A stretch of 64,000 nt of DNA from Chrysomallon squamiferum (Eukaryota; Animalia; Mollusca). The position numbers were made by a program, and so were the translations under genes. The notes beneath the pieces are model-generated. The model was not told the origin of the DNA. It ran no database searches and worked only from the letters and a program-made list of their open reading frames with translations. Location of the stretch: the NCBI GenBank assembly GCA_012295275.1, contig CM022672.1, positions 30,752,001-30,816,000 on the forward strand. The letters run 5' to 3'. This document shows, piece after piece, positions 40,717-53,020 of this stretch. The stretch's first letter is position 1; the number at the start of each line of letters is the position of its first letter.

Positions 40717-43700
40717 AATACTAATAGCATTCTTTATCTGTCTTTCTTTCTGTCTCTTTATCACTAATACAGAGGATGGAACAGTTCCAAGTGTCTAATA
40801 TGTAAAAGATAATTTGACAGTCGTGCCACTATTAGGTTAAAATATTTTTAATGAACCTTTTCACTTTGTTGGTGTGTATTTTTTTTGTTAATGTTTACAT
40901 ATTCCTTTTCTTTTTCTTTTCTGTTTTTTTCTCTCTTCTCTCAGATTCCTGATGGTGTGAATGTGTCTAAGGAAGCTCATCTGGCAATTTCTAAGGCAGC
41001 CAGTGTGTTTATCTTGTATGCCACTTCATGGTAAGTTTTTTTGTTTTGATTTAAAATCTATATTGCTATTTTTTATTGTCTGTTTTGTAGGGTTAGTGAT
41101 TTTTTTTTCTAACATTTAAAAAATAGCTTACATTGATTATTATATTAACACATGTTTATATATATATATATATTGCTGTTTAATATCTATTTTGGTGAAT
41201 TTTCTAACATTTCAAAATAGCCTACATTGATCATTAAATTTATATTAACAGTAATAATACATGTATATATATATATATATGTTGTTATTTAATATAATCT
41301 ATTTTGTATCACTGTGGATTTTATTTCATTTTTTTTTTTCTAACATTCTGATATTAAGGGAACACTCAAGGCAAAAAATGACAAAATTTGAAGAAGAAAA
41401 AATTGATTGTGAATTTTTGACACAACCATTAACTGAAGTTATTCAGCTTTTCATTCTTACAAGTTAAGGATAAATAAATTTAATTGTGTTTAAAAAAAAA
41501 AGTATTTTGGGAAGTACCTGTCGAAACTTCCAAGAAATTCAACATACTGCATACTGTTGGAAAGCCACATTTTCTCAGAGCATTATGGGAACAATATTCT
41601 AAAAATAGATGCAGACTTGTTGAGATATTCCTTCATTTAATGCACCCCTCTGAGAACATGAGAGATTGGACATATGATATCACATGACCTATGCCACATT
41701 CTGATTGGTTAATACTGTGTTTCAGCATTATTTTCAGTGACATTGTTTACATCCATTCATTGATTATCTTTCCTGTGCATATTGTGTGAGATATAAATTT
41801 TCGAAATAATGGAGACTTACAATGGAAAGAAAACCAGTACAATACAATCATCTGGGAAGCCAAAGCTATCTCACAAACAACATTTACAATCCATGCGAGA
41901 AGAACTGCTGAAACAAGCGATGTCACTGAGGAAACAGGATCAATGGCAACCTTCCCCACTGACTTCCAAAAGAAAACTGGAATATGTTTTGGAAATTGAA
42001 GATGAAGATGCAAGTCATTATCCATTTGTTACTGATGACAGCTGTCTTTTTTTGGCAGGTGAGATGTCTTTAAAAAAAACTTGTCCAAAATTTGCCATGT
42101 TCGGATTCCTCATGTAATGGATCTTTAATAACTGATCAGTTGAAAGGCCCTGTTGTCCATCTGCAGACAGTTTGTGCTAACTGGGAAAAGCTGCACAATG
42201 AGACATTGTCATCAAATCATGTAGTAGCCAGGGAAGTAGATTTCCTTTCACCACTATCAGACAAATGGTTGCAGGAACTATGGATAGTGGTGTAGGATTT
42301 TCAGGACTTTGTAGACTATGTTGGTGGCTGGATTCACCATGTATACATCATAAAACATACAAGAAACACCAAAAGTCAGTTTCTGAAGTAATTCAAATAT
42401 CTGTTTCGAAATGTTTGCAGTCAGCATCAACCTTGTGAAAAAGGCCTAGGCTGATCTCAATTCAGAAAGTGATATAACAGATATAAGTGTATCTTACAAT
42501 GCTTCATGGATGACTCAAGGACACACTTCAGTGTTTGGTGTTGGCTGTGTAATTGATTTAATTACTAGCTGAGTCATTGAATACGAGATTCTGGTTGTGC
42601 TCCTGTTGGTGATCATAATGAGGCAAACTCTGGCCCACCAAACTGTTCACAATTAACGTTGCCATCTGACGAGACAGAAAAATAAAAGTCAGTGAAATAA
42701 AGTCAGTTGACACAGATATTTTTTTATTCAAGTCACAGTCAAGTTTAAAATTTAAGGCGTCTCGAAGGAACTCATCAAATCTGTAGTGCTGCATGCAATT
42801 TTTGAACGGCTGCTTGCTTCACTCAATTCAAAATATGCAAAGTATAACGCTCATTATTTCAATCCTTACACATGCAGGTGAATTGATCCATGCTAACTTC
42901 TTGCTGTCACAAACAGAACTGGTTTTTACTGTGATTGTGAATTTGCTGTTTACATAAAATACACATTTTGAAATCTTTTTTGTTCTCATTTGATATTCTG
43001 GCCCTCATGCTCTTCCTATAAGATCAATCTGGACCCTGTTTTAAAAAGTTTGCCCACCCCTGAGATAAAGAAAAACAAAGAGTTTATAAACTGGAAGGCC
43101 AGTGACATGTGTGAGATAAAATTATCATGGTCCCACTGGGTCATTGGATGCAGCCACAGCAGAAATTCTGTGGAATAGTCATATAAATAGTCATATAACT
43201 AAATGTGGATTTAGATGTGTGACAATACTGTCAGATGATGATGCTATATAGCATATACATTTATGCATTTGTCCTCACTCAATGTGTATGGTGATGACTG
43301 CAAAATACAAAAGGATGTCAAAAAGAATGGGTAGAGTGTTGAGAAAAGTGGGAGGGAGGGGAAGCTCAACAGCAAATTGACTGCTGCTGCTGTCTCTAAA
43401 CTAATAAAATATGGCAGTGCAATTCACAGCAACAGTAGTGATTTGGAAAAAGGAGAAATGCATTTTTTTCATGCTGTTTCAACATCATGATCGTTGCTCA
43501 AAGGGTCCTTGCAGTTGTGTTTTTATCAGAGAGCATTGGCTGTGGGTGAACAACCAGGCAGCCATGCTAACAATGGGGAACACCACAGTCAAAAGAAGTT
43601 GGACAATTTGTTATGCCAATCTACATTCGACATGGTGATGAAAACCTTTTATGTCAGTGTCTAAAAGGGAAGACCCAAAACAGTAATGAAAGTCTGTATG

Positions 43701-46700
43701 CAATGATTTGGCAGAAATGCCCCAAACAGACTTGTTGGAAAATTAAGAATGGCAGTGAGTGAATTTAATCAGGGTTGTGAAAACAGTTTTACCACTGCAG
43801 TAGCAGCACTGGGTTTACAACAGGTGGGTGGAGCTGCTATGAAGCTAGCTCATTCAAAGGATTCTGAACAAATCCACATGATGGAAAGAAAATCTGTCAT
43901 AATTCAAAAAGACAAAGAGAAATAAGACATTTGAAAGGATTCAGCAACAGGAAATGCTTGCTGCACCTGAAGGTGAACCTTCATATGCAGCTGGAGAATT
44001 TTAAATGTGAATATATGGATACAAGTGACAAATGTGAACTAACTGTTGTTGGACTACACATAATGTAACAATAATGTGTATTAAAAAAAAACAGTTTTTT
44101 TAGATAAATGTTAAAGATTTTTTTTTTTTTTTTTAGATATATAGATACAGATATAATAATTATACATAACATCACCCCAGTAGTTAGAATAAGTGGAGCT
44201 AGAGTTATAAAACTTTATTTGCTGTTTTTTCGCATTTTGTTTTTCATACTTATCTAAATTTTTGGGAAGCTCCTGCATGAAAACTATTTATGATAGAGAT
44301 CTCAAATTTGGAACATATATTTTTTTAGAAACAAGCATACAAAATGACAGAAAGAAAATCTTTTCATTTAACTGTTATAATATGTCTGGTACAAAAAAAA
44401 TATGTCTGCAAAAATAATACTTTAAAAAAAATAAAAAATAAATATTACTTTTAAAGAATGTTAAAAAAAAGCAAATTTCTTTCTGTCACTTTGTAGAAAT
44501 ACATGTATATGATATATATTTGTTTGGGTTATGATGAAATATATAAAATTTAGAAAATAAATAAAATATTTGTCATAAAAATATTGGTACTAGTGTTTTA
44601 TAGTAACAAATGGGGATTATTTCCAGCAAGTTTCAGTTCTGTAATAAAAAAATGTTGAAAAAGCACAATTCTAAAAATTGCAAAATTTTGTTTCTGGAAT
44701 TAACCATTTTTTTTTTTTTTATATATATTTTTTTTTTTTTTTTTGACACCAATTTTTTTTTTTTACTTTTTTTTTTTATTTTTTATTATTAGTTTTATTT
44801 TTCAGCTTTATTTATTTATTTTTTTTTTTTTTTTTTATTTTATTTTATTCAGCTCAAATAATTTTGCCATGAAGAGTAAAAGAAAGACAATATCTGCTCA
44901 GGATGTGATCTCTGCTATGGAAGACATGGAGTTTGAACAGTTTTGTGAACCCCTCAGAAACTGTTTAGAAGGTAAAAACTAAATATTTACCTAGATCCAT
45001 TGATTCATGTCTTAATTATCAAATTCATGTCATTAATCTGTAGATATATTTGCTGTCTGGGTCTGCCTGTCTGTGTTTGTGACTGTATGCACTGAGTTAC
45101 TGGTAATTGTTATTGAGAATGAAATAAATAAAAATAATTTTCAGATGGAGATTAACATGAAAATTTTCAGACAGTTTAAAAAATAAAAAAACTAGTGTGT
45201 AGAATCAAAAATAACTATATCTTTTTAATTCCATTAATTTACACTTTTCTGCTGTAAATGCAGACATGGTTCACCATTTGATAAGAAAGATCATATATTT
45301 ATAAAAATATAACAATTTAAATATTTTTCTTTTTTGCTGTAATGCAAAACATTTATAAGGTAATAATGCACTTGATATATTTTCCAAATGATATTCAAAG
45401 ACCCATATTTTAAGTTTTGTTTATTTTTTTTTTTTTTTTTTTTTTTTGACAGCTTAACATTTTAGTGGGAATTTTGCAATTATAACTGTTTTAATTACTT
45501 ATGATATACCCTGCATATGATGAGTGTTCCCACACACACACACACACACAAACACATATAATTAAATAAAATAAATAAATTCTTTGTAATTAAATAAAAT
45601 AAATAAATAAAGTAAATTTGTCAACATTTACAAGAATGAATAATTTTATTAAATAAAAAAAAATAAATTTATTAGCATTAAACAGGTTTCTGCAGTTTAT
45701 GGTGTATTTTTTGTCTGAAAAAGTTAAAACAGAAGTAAAAAGGAGTATTGATAGAAAACTGAATATGAGATGAGTTTTCAAGGAGATTAAAAAGACAATC
45801 CAGTAATTATTATGTTATTTCCACTGTCATTGGCAGACAGAGGGTTAACTGAGTCAGTATTGTTTCATGTGTCACTGTTTTATGTCAAATCAGGCACAAA
45901 GAAGATAACTGAACGTTCAGAAATGATTACTTGCAATGATGTATCTGCATTGTAACAAATTGTATATTTTTAATGTCATGCTTCATTAGGTCTTAACAAA
46001 GTTTAGACAGATTTAATTATAAAGTATTGACATCAATCATGCTGTAACGATGTTTATTATGTTCTAAATAGCACAGTTAAATTTATAAATAATTTTCATT
46101 TAATAAACAAGTTAAAACAGTATTTTGCTATTTAGTTCACATAGTGCAAAATGCAACAAAGACTGAGTCTCTAAATTAAGGGTTAGTAAAAATCAACCCA
46201 AAATTTTGTTACTTTAATAAAATGATTCCTCACACTGTGTTTAAGTAACCAGAGAACCAGTTAACCCTTTCACTGCCTAATTAAAAATATCTCCCAGAGA
46301 ACTCAACAAGACTAGTAGTTGGCACAACTGACACATAGATGGCAGCACTTACTGGCTTGATGTGATTTGAAATCTTGGGATATGTCCCCATTTGTTACAC
46401 ATAACATGTAGTTTATTTTTTAAGGCCTTGGGGTAAATCTGCTTTCTGCAGTTAACAGTATTAAACATTTTAGTGGCTATATCTCTTATATCAAAGAAAA
46501 GGTTAAGAAATCAGATAATAAATTATTTTAATTGCTGTAGTAAATGGAAATTTTTATCAAGGATACTTTCCTTAATTTTAGTTTTTTAGTTTTATATCAA
46601 TTTGTTACCTGTAACAAATTATATGGTTTTAAATGAAAGTAGTAAAAATTCAATTTAAAAAAGAAGAAAAAACATTCGTTCTTGTCAGAAATAATTTAGT

Positions 46701-47505
46701 ATTCTCAAGACTGCTTTTAAACAAAACAAATATCAATAAAAATGGCTGATAATTTTATTTTATTTAAATAACACAGTGGATCTTGTAAATAAGGATTATC
46801 CTTTTTTTTTCTTTTCTTTTTAATTTTTAAAATTTTAATTTATTTTATTTATTTAATTAAAATACAAAATGCTCTAAATGCTGATAAATTTCCTTTTTAT
46901 TTTAACTAATTATTAAAACGTTCAGCCTTGCAAATGCTGACAAATTTTATTTTATTTTATTTAATTAAAACACAATATTCTGTATGCTGACAAAATTATT
47001 TTATTTATTTAATTAAAACACACAAATGCTTTAAATGCTGAACATTTTATTTTTTATTTTAACTAATTATTAAAACATTCAGGCTTGCAAATGCTGACAA
47101 ATTTTATTTTATTTAATTAAAACAGTGAATACACAAATTTAATTTGATGTTTTTTTTGTTGTCGCAGCCTACAGGTTGGAGCAGAAGGGAAAGCGAGGCA
47201 AGAAAAAGGAGAAAGATCAGAACGTGTCTGGCGACGTCAACATGGGTGATGTCAGCGTCAACGAGGAAGCTGAAAATACTGCAAGCATCGGCGATCCTGT
47301 CGTAGTCAGCGACGAAAACAGTGATGAGGGTGATGGTGTAACGCAGCAAAACGATGGAGACGACTTCGTAATAACAGTGAATGGAGACTATGCTAATGAT
47401 GATGACAATGATGATGATGCTGGTGGTGGTGATGGTGGTGATGGTGGAGATGATGATGACAACAACAGCCCTGAAGAGACAGAAGAAGTTGACGATGCTG
47501 CCTGA
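40608..47505 (+). CDS. POLE3: DNA polymerase epsilon subunit 3 / CHRAC17 histone-fold protein, 202 aa with long acidic tail
   Basis: Exons: 40608-40673 ([22 protein letters not shown]), 40945-41030 ([29 protein letters not shown]), 44853-44971 ([40 protein letters not shown]), 47168-47505 ([15 protein letters not shown]...acidic tail). GT-AG and phase-consistent; the N-terminus matches the conserved POLE3 start. Confidence 0.95.
41358..44705 (+). mobile_element. Decayed DNA transposon, Kolobok-like (TQNxNES-type transposase), in POLE3 intron 2
   Basis: Left end ttaa|gggaacactcaaggcaaaaaatg (TTAA site, purine-purine terminus). Disrupted transposase motifs on +: [20 protein letters not shown] (~42500), [30 protein letters not shown] (~43210), [41 protein letters not shown] (~43655), AVSEFNQG. 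Right end is degenerate and approximate; superfamily call is from motif recall. Confidence 0.65.
42614..43062. mobile_element. hAT/Charlie-like MITE nested in the Kolobok-like transposase
   Basis: Right end aaaaagtttgcccacccctg (reverse complement caggggtgggcaaac, a typical hAT terminus), degenerate left end cataatgaggcaaactctggccc, subterminal ggccc motifs. It interrupts the host transposase between VIEYEIL and [12 protein letters not shown]. No clear TSD. Confidence 0.55.
46840..47125. repeat. Degenerate tandem repeat (atgctgacaaattttattttatttaattaaaac) just upstream of POLE3 exon 4
   Basis: About five visible copies. Confidence 0.8.
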
Positions 47506-48505
47506 TGATGATGATGGAGGTGAAAACAGAAATAGAGCGACACAAAATGTTTGACATTGTGACTGGCTGTGGATGTCTGTTGATGTAAATATGTTAACAC
47601 TGTTGCTGATGACGTTTCTGTTTTAGGCAGACATTGGTGAAAATGAGAACTGCAGATCAGTGATGAAATTACAACTATAAGGAAAGAAAAAAAATGAACA
47701 CACAGCCTGAATATCTTTTTATAAGCAGTTACTTGTAAATAATGTATCAGCTCTTTAAAAATTAGTGTTGTGCTTGAGTCTAGGTGGAATTTAATCAGGA
47801 CTTATAAAGTTCAGGATGATTTATGTGTCTTTCTCCAGAACTTGAACAAGGAGACGATTTCACTTAATAGAAAACACAAAACTAGCAAATTGTTCCACAT
47901 AATAGTGTGTCTTGGATTTTCATGTTTTTTCTTATTTTTATAATTTGTTTTTAAATTTTAAATTTATTTATTTATTTATTTATTTTATTTATTTTATTTT
48001 TATTTTTTTTTTTTTTTTTTTTTTTTTATTATTATTATTATTACCTCTACTACTATTATTCTTTTTATTATTTTCATTATTACTATTATAATTAATATTA
48101 TTTACTGCATTCTACTCATTTAATTTTCTCAACATTTTTAGATGTTATGATACAGAATGAAGTTATAATATTTTTAAGCTGACAAATGGAACTTTGTATT
48201 GCATTAAAATGTTCTTTTGCATTAAATCAATTATTTGGCAATATTGTTGTAATATATTGAATTTAGTTTCAGCATGTTTGAAGAAAACAACTCAGTAATT
48301 GATTATGAGTTGTTTATTGTTATAAATTATTAAAAAAAACAACTTTTAAATTAACTCAGTATACTGGTCTTTATTATTTTAACTTTATGGTTAATATATT
48401 TATTTATTTATTGGTTCATTTATTTATTTATTTATATAATTATTTATATATTTGTTTATTTAATTTATTTAATTATTTATTTGTTTATTTATTTTTTTAT
48501 TTTTT

Positions 48506-48540
<35 letters not shown>

Positions 48541-48552
48541 TTGATTTACTAT

Positions 48553-48583
<31 letters not shown>

Positions 48584-49459
48584 TTCATAGCTTCCACAGA
48601 TCTAACAACTAATAAAAATTCAACATCGATAAAAATTCGCCATCAAAATTGACTACTTCATGTTTAAGAGTCAATAAAAACGTCCATGAAAACAATGTCA
48701 CAGTTTTATAGACGTAAAAAAATCACAGCACTGCTCAGTTAGGAGTAAATAACAGCTACGGAGTCAGCAGCACGCCATCATTTTAACGAGCACAGCGAGA
48801 AATTTCTGCAAGCAAATTAAAGGGGAATAACTCGTCATTTCATCTAATGATCTTTTTGCCCGTAGTTAAAAGCGGTTGATTCAATGCCAACACGTGACGA
48901 GTTGTGAGTAGCTGTTAAGCTCACCGAATTTAACGTGATCATAAATTTCTTTAAAAAAATAAAAAGTAAAAAACTATTAGTTGTTGAAAATTGTTCTTAT
49001 AAAAGGCCTTACAACACAGGCGCATACATTGATACACATACATAATTACATGTCCCCCATCGGAGTTCGTATGAATGGATGCTCTGTACGTTCGAGTCTC
49101 GTCACCGGCATCTGGCGCGAGGTTTGTGAGTTCGTGATTAGACTGAGCTTTTCCGGATATCTCTATGTGCAGAGTCTAATCAGATGTACAAACGACAGAC
49201 AATATTCAAAAATCCTAATTTACATACACACACGGAGGAAATTTGTCGACGGGATAAGCTACTGTTTGTGATTATATCAACAGCAAAAAGGGTTCATTTA
49301 AAAACATCTTTTCGTCACGAGGAAATTTCATGCTTTCGTTCAAACAATCCAAACGACCTTGTGTGGGTGGAAGTGACTCGCTTAGAAGAATGTGTTTTTA
49401 TATATCATAAACAAATAATGTCTGTGTTTGTTGTTGTTGTTTTTTTTTTTTGTTTTTCG

Positions 49460-49496
<37 letters not shown>

Positions 49497-49706
49497 CGTA
49501 CCAATTGAAATAAGCATATATAAAGCACCTTTGTGAATTTCAGATTTACTGTTATTTTATTTTATTTTATTTTATTTTATTTTATTTAAATTAAGCTGTA
49601 TTCATCAGTCTGCCTACCTACCTGATCTGTCTGTCTCTGTCTACATATCTATACAAAATTAACTTCTAAACGCAGTATTAAACTGTGGGTTTCGTGATTA
49701 AAAATA

Positions 49707-50221
49707 CAGTGGTACCTCGATTTACGAGTAGTCACACGGTCGATTTTTGCTTTGAGTTGCGAGCGAACTACAGATACGCCGCCGCTAGTTGGTGCAACGA
49801 ACAACACAACAACCGCCCAGCATCCCGCGTCTCACTCGCTTGCTTCACGTGGTTACTTAGCCGCGGAAGCTTCTCTGTTGTGTTGTGCTCGCGTTTTCTG
49901 CAGTATTTTGCCAAATTTCCATGGATCCTAAGAATGTGAATGCAAAGGACAGTGCTGAGGAGAAGAAGCGGATGATGTCCACTGAATTAAAGAATGAAAT
50001 CATAGAAAAACATGAGCGAAATGTGCGTGTAGTCGACTTGGCTTGTCAGTACGGGCGTAGTACTTCTACGATATGTGCCATACTGAAACAGAAGGAGTCG
50101 ATAAAGGCTGTAACTTAAGCCAAAGGCGTTAAAATAATTTCAAAGCTGCGGATCTCTGTCCATGAAAACATGGAGAAAACCTAACCCTGTACATTTTACA
50201 ACACCAATTTATTTCTTTACA

Positions 50222-50267
<46 letters not shown>

Positions 50268-50470
50268 GCAATATTTATCATTTATACATACATTTTTCTT
50301 ATTTTAAATAAAAAAAATTACAAAAAATTAGGGTGGTTTTTGGGGGGCTGGATCGGATTAATGGTATTTCAATTAATATCCTTTGGAAAAATCGATTTGA
50401 TATACAAGCAAATTTGAGTTACGAGCTCGATCACGGAAGGAATTAAACTCGTAAGTCAAGGTACCAATTG
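49707..50470 (+). mobile_element. Tigger/pogo (Tc1-mariner superfamily) internally deleted element
   Basis: TA|cagtggtacctcgatttacgagt ... actcgtaagtcaaggtaccaattg|TA: ~23-bp imperfect TIRs with TA TSD. From 49921 it encodes a CENP-B-type HTH (MDPKNVNAKDSAEEKKRMMSTELKNEIIEKHERNVRVVDLACQYGRSTSTICAILKQKESIK) with a premature stop and no DDE domain. Confidence 0.9.
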
Positions 50471-50886
50471 TAGTTATATATACAATAATATTTATTTCTT
50501 TACTCTGTTCATGCCAGAAAAGATTGCCCTCCCCCATTAGCCTCCGTTTCAAACTTTGACATGTTACGTAAATACACATTAGTAAACTTAACTGACGTAA
50601 CATGCTGCACTGAAGAAGAAAAAAAAGAGAAGAAATTTCTGGACCATTCGTCGAAATATAAATATAGTGAAGCCTTCAATTAACGGAAGAATCGGAACGA
50701 AAAGTCTGTTATAAAACTAAATGTAGTATGCTCTCTTATGAATAAAAACCAAACAAAGGCAGACATGTTTTATTTTAATGGCACACTTAATCTGAGTTGG
50801 TCTAACTCTAAAGAGGAAATGAGGTTTCATTTTATAAATCTATCAGTAGATGCTAATAAAGTTGCATGCATGCATGAATATATGTC

Positions 50887-50941
<55 letters not shown>

Positions 50942-52007
50942 TTACGTGTTTGTACGTGTGTGTGTACATGTTTGTACATGTATTATGTGTGTGTATATCT
51001 ATATATATATATATATATGTTTGTTTGTGTGTGTATATATATACAAATCACATATATCTATACATATATATGTGTGTGTATATATGTGTGTGTGTGTGTG
51101 TGTGACTATGATATATATATAGAGGTGGAAGGTTTAGGTGTATGTGTTTCTGCGCTCATGCGCGTATGGTAATATGTATGTGTATAATGTGTATTTCGAT
51201 ACTCACTCGTTTATTTATTTGCTATTATCTCAAAAACAACGCTCTGTTAGTAGGCTCTAACACTTCATTTATTTATAATTTTCTCTGTTATTTCCATCAA
51301 AGCAGACAGCACAGACGTTCGTTACGTCGTGTTTTCACTGTATGTATTTATTTACTTTACGTCTGCTTTCAGCCGCTCGACTGGTCTCCTGTAGCCGGAC
51401 AAATGGACCAGGAAATTAAGTATTGAGTACTGGCGGCGGAACAAAGAAACGGAATTAGGTGCAGTGATGTGATTACTGGGATATCGTGAATGAGAAAAGT
51501 TCGCAGTAATCTAATAAGAAATTATGTGAATCTTTCTTGTTCATTTTAATAAGAAATGTGAGTAATACAGAAAACAAATAAATCTCTAACTGCAGTTTCT
51601 TTCTTCTGTTTTTCTTTCTCATTTCAGTCTACGATCGATTTTTGATGGATATTATTAAGCTGTAGTATTTTTTTCAATGAACAATTGATGAATTTGTATT
51701 CCTTCTTTATTCCAAAATTATACATACACATAAAAAAGAATGAAAAAAAAAGAAAGAAAAAAACAATAAAGTATAAACAATTTAAATGAAATGGACGATT
51801 TAATTTGATTTTATAAGATTTACTTATTTTATTTTTGTTATTTTATTTTATATATTTTTATTTCTGTCTCGTTTTGTTCTAATCATTTTACATTACGGAG
51901 TTATTTTCCATGATGAAAATTAAATGAAAAATAAAAAATTGAATAGAAGAAATGCTTATTCATTCATTAAATATTTGTTTATCTTCAGTAGTTAAATTAT
52001 TATTATT

Positions 52008-52079
<72 letters not shown>

Positions 52080-52977
52080 TAATGGTATCTGACAGAGGAA
52101 ATCCTTATTATTTCTGACAACGAGCAGTAAAACGTATTTTAAAAGAACCTTCCCATAGACAGTGGATTTAATACGAGTCACGTCATATCGTGTATAACGG
52201 AGAAAAGACTACCGTGTTGAAGGTCACGAGGACTAACCTAATTACCCATTTGTTTCAGCCCTCTGATGTAAGTGCATCATCATAATTATCATCATCATCA
52301 TCATCATCATCATCACCATAATCCTTATTATTTGTTATCATTATTGTTATTAATATCATAATCATCATCTTCATGGTTACACTTGATATTATCATAATTA
52401 TTATTATTATTGTTGTTGTTGTTATTATCATCATCATCATCATCATCACCATCATTACTGTCAGTATCCTAATTATCGTTATCGTCATTCATTTATCATC
52501 ACCATCGTCATCATCGTCATAATCATCGCAGTTAGATCGCTTCTTTTTTTTTCACAAGAAATGACGACTGAAGTCGCGACTCCGAGAATTGATCCTGTGA
52601 CCAACAACGCCCGGGGCGAGCGAGAATTCTGCCAGACAGTTAGAGTATGTTCCCTTGCCCTGGCCACCAGATGGAGCCCGTCGCTTCATTACACAGTGTT
52701 AAAAAGCGCTACTTGGGACAATTACCCCAAATTGCAAAGCAAATACAATTACAGGCTTCAGCGACAGATTCCTCGCTGGCCTCCCTCCCCAGGGGCGGGT
52801 CTAGGTGGTTTCCTAATGGAATGTCAGATTTGTTGAATGTTATACGTCATGGGGAAATCTTTGTTAACGTGCACTTGTCCGTTTTACGTATGTAGTTAGA
52901 AGACTATGTATCCGGGTTCGGAGATTTCTGGATTTTCTGGATTACTAGAACCAGCTTAACATATAAATATATAAGCA

Positions 52978-53020
<43 letters not shown>

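Noticed and set aside
45521-45531. tgagtgttccc, an exact inverse of the transposon's first 11 bp, which would put POLE3 exon 3 inside the element
   Set aside because: Only 11 bp, not followed by TTAA, with no extended TIR similarity; weak subterminal similarity points to an end near 44705 instead.
52570-52660. tRNA-like sequence
   Set aside because: Too degenerate to form a cloverleaf; better explained as a SINE head remnant.
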